Below are positions 50,401 through 59,024 of a stretch of 64,000 nt of DNA, piece after piece. The position numbers were made by a program, and so were the translations under genes. Within the stretch, counting starts at the first letter, position 1, and the number at the start of each line of letters is the position of its first letter. Below the pieces are notes generated by a model that worked only from the letters and a program-made list of their open reading frames with translations, was not told the origin of the DNA and ran no database searches. The DNA is from Planctomycetota bacterium. GTDB taxonomy: Bacteria > Planctomycetota > Planctomycetia > Planctomycetales > Planctomycetaceae. The stretch covers positions 9,916-73,915 of the forward strand of contig JBEAUF010000156.1 of NCBI GenBank assembly GCA_041161565.1, given 5' to 3'.

Positions 50401-51652
50401 GATGCCCCGGCTCAGTCTTCGGTATCGTGGGATCAGGAGGTCCCGCAAGGTCGTCTTCCGCCGCAGCTGCCAGCCCCCGATTGCCAAATCGCGCCCATGG
50501 ACCGGAATTGACCGGTGAGCGATCGTTGGCGTAAACCATATGGCACGCCGTACAGCCACTCGATCGATAATCCCCCGGATGGTCATTCGTTCCCAGAAAA
50601 TTAAGCGTCGGGTCCAGCAGACGCGTCTTCTGCAGACCAATAAATACCGGATCAGTTCGATTCGCTGTGCCCAGACCGCGATTACTTAGCCGCGTGCGTG
50701 GCCTGCCTGACTCCTCAAGCCTCTCCGGAATGCCCACGTCAGGAACAAACCTCCCTCCACGCTCAAAAATTCGCAGAATATTTCCCGGTTGCGTTACCTC
50801 GAACCTCGGCAGAGGATCCAGATATGGCAGAACGCCCTTCCGCGCGGTTTCTTCCGGAGTGGGCGTCGGAACAGTCTGCAGCCGCTGCGGAACGCCATGC
50901 ATGCTGTAGCTCTCGCCATAGGTCGGCCACTTCCCCGGTACCGCGCCATTGTTGTAAAGAGCTGCTCCCCAGAGCATGCAGCCGTGAGTCATCATGCTCT
51001 TCTTCACCTGCAATGTCTCAGTGCCATGACACCCCGCGGTTCCACAACTGATATGCGCAACTCGCAGATCCCCCGGGTTCACAAATCGAATAAACGCCGG
51101 ATCTTCATGATTCAGCACAGTGTAAGATCGAACAGGATTCGCCGACGATCTGAACACGTCACCAAAACGAGGCTGCACGTGGGCCGCCTGCTTATCGGCT
51201 GCCAGCGGATTGCCGCCGTGGCAATCGACGCACCCCAGCTTCACGCTGACGCTCATATGCGGGTCATGCGCGTTCAAATGGCAGCGAATACACCCCGCAC
51301 TCTTCGCATCAGCCTGCTCCTGCGACTGCCGTGATAAATCCGGACCTGCCTGCTCCGACAGTGCCCCCAAAGTCTCACCGCCCGCGGTATGATCAACGAT
51401 CGCCCCGCCTGCCTCATCCACCCGAGAACGCAGCCGAAACCGTGTCGCAGGGCGGATTCCCGGGGCAGTTCGCGCATCGGAATCCTCCGCGTCGACATCG
51501 TCCAGAGACGCTCTGCCAACAGTCCGCAACTTGTCGTCACTCGCCAACAGGTGGCGATCCGACTGGCGGACATGCTGCAGCCAGAGCAGACAGCCGAGCC
51601 ACAGTGCGATCCAGGCCGCAAAAGCAGCAAGCGCGCGTACGGTGCGGTTCAT
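47492..51652 (-). CDS. multihaem c-type cytochrome fused to an LVIVD-repeat beta-propeller
   Basis: 1386 aa with an N-terminal TM/signal anchor. There are nine CxxCH sites (CIRCH, CVDCH, CTACH, CIVCH, CVDCH, CIDCH, CIACH, CYGCH, CTDCH) plus one CGTAGCH. The C-terminal third carries LVIVD-type repeats (GLVVVDIEDPEKP, GLKVLDVTDPTVP, GLVIVDVSNPESP). Confidence 0.9.
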   Translation of the reverse strand: MNRTVRALAAFAAWIALWLGCLLWLQHVRQSDRHLLASDDKLRTVGRASLDDVDAEDSDARTAPGIRPATRFRLRSRVDEAGGAIVDHTAGGETLGALSEQAGPDLSRQSQEQADAKSAGCIRCHLNAHDPHMSVSVKLGCVDCHGGNPLAADKQAAHVQPRFGDVFRSSANPVRSYTVLNHEDPAFIRFVNPGDLRVAHISCGTAGCHGTETLQVKKSMMTHGCMLWGAALYNNGAVPGKWPTYGESYSMHGVPQRLQTVPTPTPEETARKGVLPYLDPLPRFEVTQPGNILRIFERGGRFVPDVGIPERLEESGRPRTRLSNRGLGTANRTDPVFIGLQKTRLLDPTLNFLGTNDHPGDYRSSGCTACHMVYANDRSPVNSGPWARFGNRGLAAAAEDDLAGPPDPTIPKTEPGHPVTHRFTVGIPTSQCIVCHIHPGTTVMNSYLGFMWWDMETDARLMYPREERHPSSEEFVEATMSDPHEATARGNWSDPEFLARSSELNPQLEHTQFADFHGHGWMFQAVFRKDRQGIAVDYAGKPIPQPSSEQRQKAMRIPEIAQQLQREVDWTQPEEQLLQQVRDLEARLLAEKDNVPVHMLDIHLERGMHCVDCHFVQDVHGNGKLYGEVRAAIEIQCIDCHGSLDAKDAGRVLITSGPAAAEDAEGNPIGRQLADMRTPFGKRRFERIGPRIIQNSMVDPTLSWELTQVADTVNPEHPDYNAASALAKTVRRSETGGFDWGDPHAETFAHSNRGMSCIACHTSWNPSCYGCHLPQKAARKTPSLHNEGDISRNHVAYNFQTLRDEVFMLARDGNVTGNRIGPSRSSCAIHVTSYNLNRETIYTQQQTISAEGLSGVAFSTNVPHTVRGKGETKTCTDCHLSAENDNNALIAQLLMQGTNYMNFIGRNAWVAAGEHGLFAVTVTERDEPQTVIGSTMHHDVYPQRYEEHVKHGRELHHAHEHPGHDIGRQLLNPGRPHQVLSLQVRGEYCYAACGDGGIRVYDVAFIEHKGFSERIVTAPVSPAGQRFHVKTPFATDIASPTTIAPDPTRTHRPENFERPVAKMYGYLYATDFEEGLVMIGAGTLLDGDPLNNFLKKDVVFNPGNVLHGATSITIFGHYAWICCHAGLVVVDIEDPEKPVIASILGADVVRNPRAVEFQFRYGFVVDEDGLKVLDVTDPTVPRLAAMMPLEEARNIYVARTWAFISGGSEGLVIVDVSNPESPRVDQIYNAGGRICDLRDVKLGITYTSQFAYLADGRNGVHVVQLTSPQTPGYSGFSPRMQPMLIASWKFPKGGEALFISEGVDRDRAVDEAGNQLAVFGRVGAGPLSLAEQRKLYLNPDGTPWFVRDPVRDWSIPDWRERERVLHEQLLEYYPRGARVRMREVRR

Positions 51653-51715
51653 CTGCCAAATCCAAAGTGTGGAATTTTAATACTGAAATTGAGAATCGAT
51701 ATCCGGATGCGTCAA

Positions 51716-53794
51716 TTAATAAGTCAGCACGAGATCCATGAACATGCCATATAAAGTTTCCGCCTTGCCAGAACTTCCTGACACCGCCGCAATCGGATCA
51801 AGCACTCCGTAAAGATCATCAAACCCCGCTCCAGGAATCAATGATGACAGGCCGCCCGCCACAATAATGTTATCACTTAGCCGTGGGCGGTACTCCAGAC
51901 CAAGACTCAGATCCGTTCCGATACTTCGTGCGATCTGATCCTGAAAAGTAAAACGCTCCAGTACCTCTGTCTGGTCAAACCACAGAAAGTTCACGTTGCT
52001 GATCGCTCTGAGCTTCGGTGTGATCTCAAAGTCCATCCCCGCATTCAGCAAACGCACTCCCGGATTCACAAAATTGCTCTGTCCCTGAAACTTGCTGCTT
52101 CGCAGATTTGCCAGCAAACTCTCCCGCTGCGTCAGGTTCACCCCAAACAGCTTAATCTGCTGCCGCTGCCAGAAACTGAACTGCCCACCGGCAAAGTTGG
52201 GATTGTCCAGCACCGCATCAAATCCCTCCGCCTCTCCATCGTTCGGATCATCGTCCCCGGAGGCCCAGAAACCGGATGTGCGAAAGCGAATCCAGTCCCG
52301 ATCAATCGACAATTCAATAGCCGCCATATTCGCCCGGATATCAGCCCTTTGGCCCTCAATCGGATTCAGACTGTCTCGCCCGGTCACGTGATAAAATGCG
52401 TGGCTGATATTGACTCGACCAATATGCCCATCACCCGCGAAGCCAAAATAATACGCATCCACTTCATGCGGCCGGAATACCCCGGATGGATCAGGCCTGA
52501 CAAGGAATTCATTGCGGTCAAACTCAATGCTGGGCTGATCATTGTTATAGTGAAAACTAAGCTGTGCTGTGTATCCGGGAAACACAAAGTCCTGCCGGAA
52601 ATAATTCAGGATCAGAGTGTTCTGATGCCGGTCGTCAAATGTGTTCAGCAGACTAGTCGTCTCCTTTTCAGTCTGATCGAACCAGATCACATTAAACTGG
52701 TCCCGATTGGCAAGTCGAGTGCCAAAAATCCTCACCGCTCGGTTCGTGTCAGCAAAGACAAAACCTCGAAAGTCACTGACAAACGGCTGCGATCCTGCGC
52801 GCACAGACACAAAATCGTAGTCCGGACTCAGGTCCGCAAGCTTCGCCTCAACAAACCATTCCTCCAGTGCTGCGTCCTGACGATGGCGCGATGCCCCCCT
52901 CCGCACATCAGGATTCACAACCGCAAGCTCGTTCACATCCAGATAATTCAGGTTCAAAACCGGGGCTGCACGCAACTGCCAGTCAAAGGGTTTGAAGCCT
53001 GCGTCGCCATGCGAAAGATTGAACTGCAGTTTCAGGTTGTTCACGAAGAAATATTGGTCAGGATCACCGTAAAACTCCCGCTGGCCGGCTCCCACCGTAC
53101 TTTCAAACGGGGAGGTCGGAATCGGAGTCTGTCGAAATTCGTGCAGCATGAAATTCGTCGCCGTAATATTCAAAAACGTATGCTGACCGATGATCGGATA
53201 GTCTCCCTTCAGCACATTTTGATTGTACGGATCCCACCAATGTCCTTTCTCGTAGGGCTGGTCCACCCCCTGCGGATTTGGATCCGAGTATCGCTGCCAG
53301 TCCGGAAAGCCAGCCCTCCAACGATCTTCAATTGGAACAAAATCGAGGCTTTGCTGGGCCTCGCTCGGCCGAATACCAGAAGCCCCCGTGTACCCCAGCG
53401 GCGTGCGAATCAGCGGACGGACAAACTCCGGAGCAGACGGCGCCGGCTGAAATTCCTCCGCGACTCCCTGTGACGGCACCGCAGGCTGAAGGACATCCGG
53501 ACGCGCCTCACCACCAGCGCCCTCCTGTGAACCCACAGGCCCTGCAAACTGGTCTGCAGCCGCCCCGCCAGCCGCCACCTGAAACTGCGGAACCAGTCCG
53601 TCAGCGAATGGCGGTGTACCTGGAGCCTCACCCGCATCCTGCAAAAAGCCGCAGGCCGTCGGCGGAAACACAGACGCAAGGCAAAGCATCATCGCTGCGC
53701 ACACAGGAAACCGCGGTGACGGGAGACACCCCGCCAACTTCCTCGCGGCGGAAATCCGCCGGAACTTCACCGGTTCCGCGATATATCCGTGCAT
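51716..53794 (-). CDS. putative outer-membrane beta-barrel protein (hypothetical)
   Basis: The track ORF runs to GTG 53911. I prefer ATG 53794, which has GGAAG upstream and gives a basic N-region followed by the hydrophobic FPVCAAMMLCLASVF. The body is rich in alternating aromatic/polar stretches and Gly/Asn/Asp turns. The C-terminus ends DLVLTY. It lies 63 nt upstream of the cytochrome gene. Confidence 0.7.
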   Translation of the reverse strand: MHGYIAEPVKFRRISAARKLAGCLPSPRFPVCAAMMLCLASVFPPTACGFLQDAGEAPGTPPFADGLVPQFQVAAGGAAADQFAGPVGSQEGAGGEARPDVLQPAVPSQGVAEEFQPAPSAPEFVRPLIRTPLGYTGASGIRPSEAQQSLDFVPIEDRWRAGFPDWQRYSDPNPQGVDQPYEKGHWWDPYNQNVLKGDYPIIGQHTFLNITATNFMLHEFRQTPIPTSPFESTVGAGQREFYGDPDQYFFVNNLKLQFNLSHGDAGFKPFDWQLRAAPVLNLNYLDVNELAVVNPDVRRGASRHRQDAALEEWFVEAKLADLSPDYDFVSVRAGSQPFVSDFRGFVFADTNRAVRIFGTRLANRDQFNVIWFDQTEKETTSLLNTFDDRHQNTLILNYFRQDFVFPGYTAQLSFHYNNDQPSIEFDRNEFLVRPDPSGVFRPHEVDAYYFGFAGDGHIGRVNISHAFYHVTGRDSLNPIEGQRADIRANMAAIELSIDRDWIRFRTSGFWASGDDDPNDGEAEGFDAVLDNPNFAGGQFSFWQRQQIKLFGVNLTQRESLLANLRSSKFQGQSNFVNPGVRLLNAGMDFEITPKLRAISNVNFLWFDQTEVLERFTFQDQIARSIGTDLSLGLEYRPRLSDNIIVAGGLSSLIPGAGFDDLYGVLDPIAAVSGSSGKAETLYGMFMDLVLTY

Positions 53795-54017
53795 TACAGC
53801 TTCCGAACGCGCCATCAGCCGACCCATCAGCCCCACAGATTCCTGCAAGGCTGAAAGCCGGACCCTAAGGCACCATAGACAACCGCCGCAAGCAGAAGTC
53901 AGGGATCGCACGGATGTCCGTTACAGAAATCCTCGCCTGTGAAGGACAGATCTGCAGGAATGGGGGATTCGCCGCGCCGATTGTGGCAGGACCTGCCGCT
54001 TTCGTGAGCACTCCGGT

Positions 54018-55085
54018 CTAATTCACCGGAACCGATAATTCGCGATACTCTCCGCTGTTTTGTCCCGCCAGCTGCTGCAACCAGTGGTCCGTGCTGCGAG
54101 ACCAGTTGCCGTCTCCAAACCGGATCACATGGATGGTCGTTCCTCCTGCGGCATGCCTGATGTCACGCAGGTCAGACACGGAAAGCTGTGGCTCATCACC
54201 GTCAGTCAGAAAATACACCACATCAGGATGCAGCCTGAGCGCCTCCAGCAGTGCTGGCCTGTGATCAGTTCCCGCATCTGAAATGATCGAATCAATTTCC
54301 TGCGCGGCCAGTTGGCGGTTCACCTCAGTGGCAAAATACAGCGGCTGCTCAACCTGCCTGCGAAGTTTCAGCCGCTGAGTTGTTTCGTTGTACAGAATCA
54401 CGGCGAACTGCTGATTGGGCTGCAACAGACGCAGGCTGGCTTTGAGCTGACTTTTAGCCTGCCGCAATCTGGGACCATCCATGCTGCTGCTGGTGTCGAT
54501 TACATACACGAACGAGCGTCCCACACCCACGATGTTCATAAAGGTCGTTTCACCAACTCCACCCCGCCCACCGCTGCGGCGAGCACCGCCAGCCTCTGTC
54601 GGCTCAACCGCTGAATTCCCGCCGCCCCTCGTACCGCCGCTGCGGCCGGAACGCAGCAAACCAGGACCAATTAATTCCGGTAATGCCGACTCTGAAGCTC
54701 CACTCCCCTCCTGCTCCGTGCTCGCAGCCAGAAGCCCGGCAACACCAGGTATTTCCGCAGGCACGTCTGACCGTGGCCCCTGCTGCCGCTCAACAGCAGC
54801 CTCCGGCGATGGCTCCGTCGCCTCGGTCTGCCGCGGGCGAGTCACGGTCGCATCGCCGCCGCCAGCAGATGTGCCAACATCGCTCAGGCCGTCGTCAGCC
54901 CCTTCAACCACAAACAGGCCGACATCACGAAATACCTCGCCGCCTGCCTCACCGGGGCTGCGGTGGACACACCCCCGCATCATCAGCACCACAGCAGCAA
55001 CCGCGACAACGTGGAACAATACAGAAATTGCTGCTGAGGACAGCAAACTGCGGCGTGTGAAGATCCACGTGGACGTCAGTCTCAT
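54018..55085 (-). CDS. membrane-anchored von Willebrand factor A domain protein
   Basis: 355 aa with an N-terminal TM (LLSSAAISVLFHVVAVAAVVLMM) and a Gly/Arg/Pro-rich linker. The VWA domain has the MIDAS motif DTSSSM, plus TDH and LTDGD. Confidence 0.85.
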   Translation of the reverse strand: MRLTSTWIFTRRSLLSSAAISVLFHVVAVAAVVLMMRGCVHRSPGEAGGEVFRDVGLFVVEGADDGLSDVGTSAGGGDATVTRPRQTEATEPSPEAAVERQQGPRSDVPAEIPGVAGLLAASTEQEGSGASESALPELIGPGLLRSGRSGGTRGGGNSAVEPTEAGGARRSGGRGGVGETTFMNIVGVGRSFVYVIDTSSSMDGPRLRQAKSQLKASLRLLQPNQQFAVILYNETTQRLKLRRQVEQPLYFATEVNRQLAAQEIDSIISDAGTDHRPALLEALRLHPDVVYFLTDGDEPQLSVSDLRDIRHAAGGTTIHVIRFGDGNWSRSTDHWLQQLAGQNSGEYRELSVPVN

Positions 55086-55219
55086 CGCACGACCGTTGGT
55101 ACCGGAGGGACTGTAAAGCGAATGCTGACCCGGCTGCAGCTTATCAAAGACCAGCCAGACGTAAACCTCAGCCCCCTCAAACGGCCTTATGTCGGCAGAG
55201 ACAGCTCCACGAACCCCGT

Positions 55220-56620
55220 TCAGGGAGCTTCAGGAGCACCGGAGTTGAACGCCGCATCCTCAGCAGGGACCGTTGACTGCCCGTTGTCCGCCTGCCCCAG
55301 CAAGGCCTGACGGATTCGACTCGCCTGCTCCATGTCAGCATCCGCCTCAGCCGTCTTTCCCGTGGCCCGCTGCTGCTCCGCCCGAGCCTCGAAAATATCA
55401 GCAACCTCAGCATCAAACCGCTGTGCGGCCCCATAGTCAGCCAGTGCCCGGTCGTAGTCTTTTTTGGCGGCCCAGAGATCACCCCGCAGTGAAAAGGCTT
55501 CCGCGCCCGCACCGGCAGCCACCGCCTCATCACAGTCCTGCATGGCCTTTTCTGAGTCCTTTACTTCCACCCAGCAGCGAGCCCTTGCTGTGAGGGCCGC
55601 AGGCTGCTTTGGACTCAGCAGCAACACACGCGTCAGATCCTCCACCGCCGCAGCGAATTCACCACCATCCATCAATAACCTGCCACGGCGAAGCCAGCCA
55701 TCGGGACTGGAAGGACTGCGCCGCACCTCCTGAGTCATTTGCTGCAGCTGTGTTAACCACTCCATGCGACCAGCATCCGCCTGAGCTTCGCTGTATCGCT
55801 CCATTTTGAGCAGTGCTGCGCGACGATGCCCAATCCAGCGCAGATCAAGCGGCTCAAGCTCCACAGCCCTGCCGAAAGCCTGCACCGCTTCTGCATAATT
55901 CTCCTGCTGCATGGCAATCAAACCTCGATTGTTCCACGCCGTGACGTAGTTTTCGTTCAGTCGGAGCGCCTGCCGAATGTCCAACATCGCAGGCTCGAGT
56001 TCCTGCTTCTTCATGCGAGCAAAACCACGATTGTTCCACGCATCAGGAAAATCCCCGTTCGTTTCAATCGCCTTCGTAAAGTCGGCCTCCGCAGCCGCAT
56101 AGTCCTGCTCCGACAACCGCAGCAGCCCTCGATTGTTGAGCGCTGCCGTGTGCTTCGGATTCAACAGGACAGCCTGGTCAAAATCAGCCAGAGCATCGCT
56201 GCCAAGTCCACGTGACATCAGGAAATAGCCGCGAAAATTGTACAGGTCAGCGTTGCGTGGCTGCAGCCGAATCGCCGTACTGAAATCCGCTCGAGCATTG
56301 GCATTTTCACCAACCAGAGCATACACGTCGCCACGCATCCGAAAAAGCGGTGCTTCATCGGGCCGAATCCCAATCGCCTGACTCAGCGATTCGATGGCAG
56401 TGGCATGTCGCCCCTGAGTCACAGCGACGTTGGCTCGCTGCAGCAGTGTGCGAATCTCCGGTGGCCAGTCGCCCGGCGTTTTTCCAGGTACAGCATCCGG
56501 CTGCGGGCCGGGAATGGCCAGCGGTACTGCAGCCTGAGTTCCTGCAGCTGAACTGTCAGACTGCTGCTTGCCGCAACCACATGCCAACAGCACCAGAATT
56601 CCCGGTAATAACCACCGCAT
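55220..56620 (-). CDS. tetratricopeptide-repeat lipoprotein
   Basis: The ATG at 56620 gives MRWLLPGILVLLACGCGK (lipobox-like). About ten TPR units are recognisable (for example AWNNRGFARMKKQELEPAMLDIRQALRLNENY). Confidence 0.85.
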   Translation of the reverse strand: MRWLLPGILVLLACGCGKQQSDSSAAGTQAAVPLAIPGPQPDAVPGKTPGDWPPEIRTLLQRANVAVTQGRHATAIESLSQAIGIRPDEAPLFRMRGDVYALVGENANARADFSTAIRLQPRNADLYNFRGYFLMSRGLGSDALADFDQAVLLNPKHTAALNNRGLLRLSEQDYAAAEADFTKAIETNGDFPDAWNNRGFARMKKQELEPAMLDIRQALRLNENYVTAWNNRGLIAMQQENYAEAVQAFGRAVELEPLDLRWIGHRRAALLKMERYSEAQADAGRMEWLTQLQQMTQEVRRSPSSPDGWLRRGRLLMDGGEFAAAVEDLTRVLLLSPKQPAALTARARCWVEVKDSEKAMQDCDEAVAAGAGAEAFSLRGDLWAAKKDYDRALADYGAAQRFDAEVADIFEARAEQQRATGKTAEADADMEQASRIRQALLGQADNGQSTVPAEDAAFNSGAPEAP

Positions 56621-56822
56621 CTGCACACTCCCTGTGCGTAAAATCCGCTCGCCGAAGCAACCCGTTTGGTTGTACGCCAGCCCCGGGACAACTGTCAATT
56701 CGAGTTTTCAGACTCAGATGGCTCGGAATAGGCCTTTTCGCTGCCCATTTCTTTTGTACATTTAGTGCTCGCGGTGCAGCAGGGCAGGGTCGGGCAGGGA
56801 GCAGCGAACACTCGGAGTAACT

Positions 56823-58319
56823 ATGGGCGTAGAGACAAACGGGCCTGAAACCGACCTCAGCAATCGAAGCATCGGAGAATTCCAGCTCCTGCGACGACTT
56901 GGCAGTGGAGGCATGGCTGATGTCTACCTCGCCGAACAGCATTCTCTCGCGCGACACGTGGCCGTCAAGATCCTCAAGACTGACTCCCTCCAGTCCAATG
57001 GTGAGGTACTCCTGAAGCGATTCGACCAGGAGGCCCGTGCAGCAGGCGGCCTGAGTCATCCCAACGTCGTCCAGATCATCACAACCGGACGCGACGGTGA
57101 CCTTGCATGGATTGTTCAGGAATACGTGCCAGGTCTCAATCTGAGCCAATGGATACGACGACACGGACCACCGGACTACGCCACCGGACTACGCTGGCTC
57201 CAGCAGGTTGCTGCAGCACTCCGGGCAGCGGCCGAAGCGGGAATCGTACATCGGGACGTTAAGCCGGAAAATATCCTGCTCACCCGTAATGGAATCGCCA
57301 AAGTCACCGACTTCGGCCTGGCTCAGCTCAACCAACCCCGGCAGCCAAGAATGAATCTTACGCAGGCCGGCACTACCATGGGAACCCCCTGGTACATGAG
57401 CCCGGAACAGATCGAAGGTCGCCCACTTGACCATCGGTCCGACCAGTACTCTCTCGGAATCACCGCGTGGCACATGTTCGCCGGACGGCCGCCGTTTCCC
57501 GGCAAAAACCCGATGACGGTTGCAGTACAACATCTCAGGGAAATTCCCCCGCCGCTCGCACGGTTTCGTGCAGATCTTCCCGCCGCGCTCTGCAGGGTGA
57601 TCGAACGCATGCTGCAGAAAAAGCCGGAGGATCGCTACCCGGACATGGAAGCCCTCGAACGGGCACTGCTCGAACTCAATCACGTTTCCGTCAACGATTC
57701 CCTGCAGGCACATGATGGCTGGCGAGGATTGCTAAGGAGGTCCCGCGCGATTCTGACCACAGCCGGTGCAGTCCTCGCTGTCTCCTTCCTCAGCGGCCAC
57801 TTCACCGCCCGTTTGGTCAATCCTCCGATCCAACTGCCCCCGCCACGGCAGAATGCAGAGGTGGCCGGAGAAAGCTCCGCAGCACGTCAGTACGCGCGAG
57901 CCATGCTGCAGCCGGATCGGCTCGACCTCTGGCGCGCTGTTGTGCATGAATTCCCCGATACATTTGAAGCTGACATGGCGTCCATGCAGCTGGGAATTGC
58001 ACTGATGTCGGGGCCCGTCCCGGATCCTGAGCAGGCCCAAAAAGCATTCAAAGCCGTGCGGGAACGGGGCGAACTCGCCATCGAAAAACGCCATCTCCAG
58101 CTCCTCGGAATGATCGGCGAGGCCTGGGTTCTGAAAGATCGCCTAAGAACAGCCGAACTGGATCTGCTGCTGTCTGAAATCTACAGCCGCATAGATGAGT
58201 ATGATTCCGAGGATATTCTGCAGCTGGATATCGATCAGGCCCCAGGAGAGTTGCAGCAGTTCTTTTCACGCATCCTGCAGACACGCAGACAACAGGATGC
58301 ATCCACAAATGCAGGCTGA
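56823..58319 (+). CDS. serine/threonine protein kinase with TM segment and C-terminal helical domain
   Basis: The Hanks motifs are GSGGMADVY, VAVKIL, HRDVKPENILL, DFGLA and YMSPEQ. A TM segment lies near AILTTAGAVLAVSFLSGHF. GGAG lies 7 nt upstream of the ATG. Confidence 0.92.
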   Translation: MGVETNGPETDLSNRSIGEFQLLRRLGSGGMADVYLAEQHSLARHVAVKILKTDSLQSNGEVLLKRFDQEARAAGGLSHPNVVQIITTGRDGDLAWIVQEYVPGLNLSQWIRRHGPPDYATGLRWLQQVAAALRAAAEAGIVHRDVKPENILLTRNGIAKVTDFGLAQLNQPRQPRMNLTQAGTTMGTPWYMSPEQIEGRPLDHRSDQYSLGITAWHMFAGRPPFPGKNPMTVAVQHLREIPPPLARFRADLPAALCRVIERMLQKKPEDRYPDMEALERALLELNHVSVNDSLQAHDGWRGLLRRSRAILTTAGAVLAVSFLSGHFTARLVNPPIQLPPPRQNAEVAGESSAARQYARAMLQPDRLDLWRAVVHEFPDTFEADMASMQLGIALMSGPVPDPEQAQKAFKAVRERGELAIEKRHLQLLGMIGEAWVLKDRLRTAELDLLLSEIYSRIDEYDSEDILQLDIDQAPGELQQFFSRILQTRRQQDASTNAG

Positions 58320-58388
58320 CGGCAGACTGCAGCGGCAGCGGCAGGACCTCAGACTTCACTGCACAAAAATTTCCCGGCCACAACGTCC

Positions 58389-59024
58389 TTATGTCCGCGG
58401 CAAACAAACCTGCCTCTTCAACAATCGCTCGACCTCGTCATCAGTCACCTGGCCAAAGTCTTTGTAAAATTCACCAACTGCCGCAAAAATTTCCGGTGTC
58501 TGCAGACAAATCACCTGATCTGCGATCGCGGCAATTGACCGCACCACCTCCGGTGGCCCCACGGGCACCGCCACCACAATCCTGGCCGGACGCTTCAGCC
58601 GAACGACAAGTATCGCAGCCTGCATACTGGCGCCCGTTGCAAGTCCGTCGTCAACCAGAATGGCCGTACGACCATGCAGCGGCGGCAGTGATCTGCCCCC
58701 ACGAAAGCGACGCACCCGCTTGCGAACCTCAAGGTTCTCTGCATGCACGCTGCCTGAAATGTCAAACCCCGCATCAGCGGGATCCTCACTCAGGACCTTC
58801 ACACCATCCTCAGCCACAGCACCTACAGCCAATTCCGGATTGGCCGGATGCCCTAACTTCCGAACCACAATGACATCGAGAGGAGCTTCCAGCAGCCGGG
58901 CAACCTCGGCAGCCACCGGAACACCGCCCCTCGGCAAACCTAAAACGGTCGTATACCCGTTCACACCCAGCGAACGGATCCTCTCCGCCAGACGCTGACC
59001 GGCCTCGCTGCGATTCGCAAACAT
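58389..59024 (-). CDS. phosphoribosyltransferase family protein
   Basis: The ATG at 59024 gives 211 aa starting MFANRSEAGQRLAERI. LGLPRGGVPVAAEVA and the PRPP loop AILVDDGLATGASM are present. Confidence 0.85.
   Translation of the reverse strand: MFANRSEAGQRLAERIRSLGVNGYTTVLGLPRGGVPVAAEVARLLEAPLDVIVVRKLGHPANPELAVGAVAEDGVKVLSEDPADAGFDISGSVHAENLEVRKRVRRFRGGRSLPPLHGRTAILVDDGLATGASMQAAILVVRLKRPARIVVAVPVGPPEVVRSIAAIADQVICLQTPEIFAAVGEFYKDFGQVTDDEVERLLKRQVCLPRT

Noticed and set aside
52349-53473. 374-aa plus-strand ORF inside the barrel gene
   Set aside because: It is an antisense shadow, rich in Arg/Lys/Ile/His runs (for example IHNRKLVHIQIIQVQNRG), with no motifs. The minus-strand frame is continuous over 2.1 kb and is coupled to the cytochrome gene.
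54018-56620. Bat (Bacteroides aerotolerance-like) operon
   Set aside because: Only a VWA and a TPR protein are present. The MoxR ATPase, the DUF58 protein and the second VWA protein that define Bat loci are missing.
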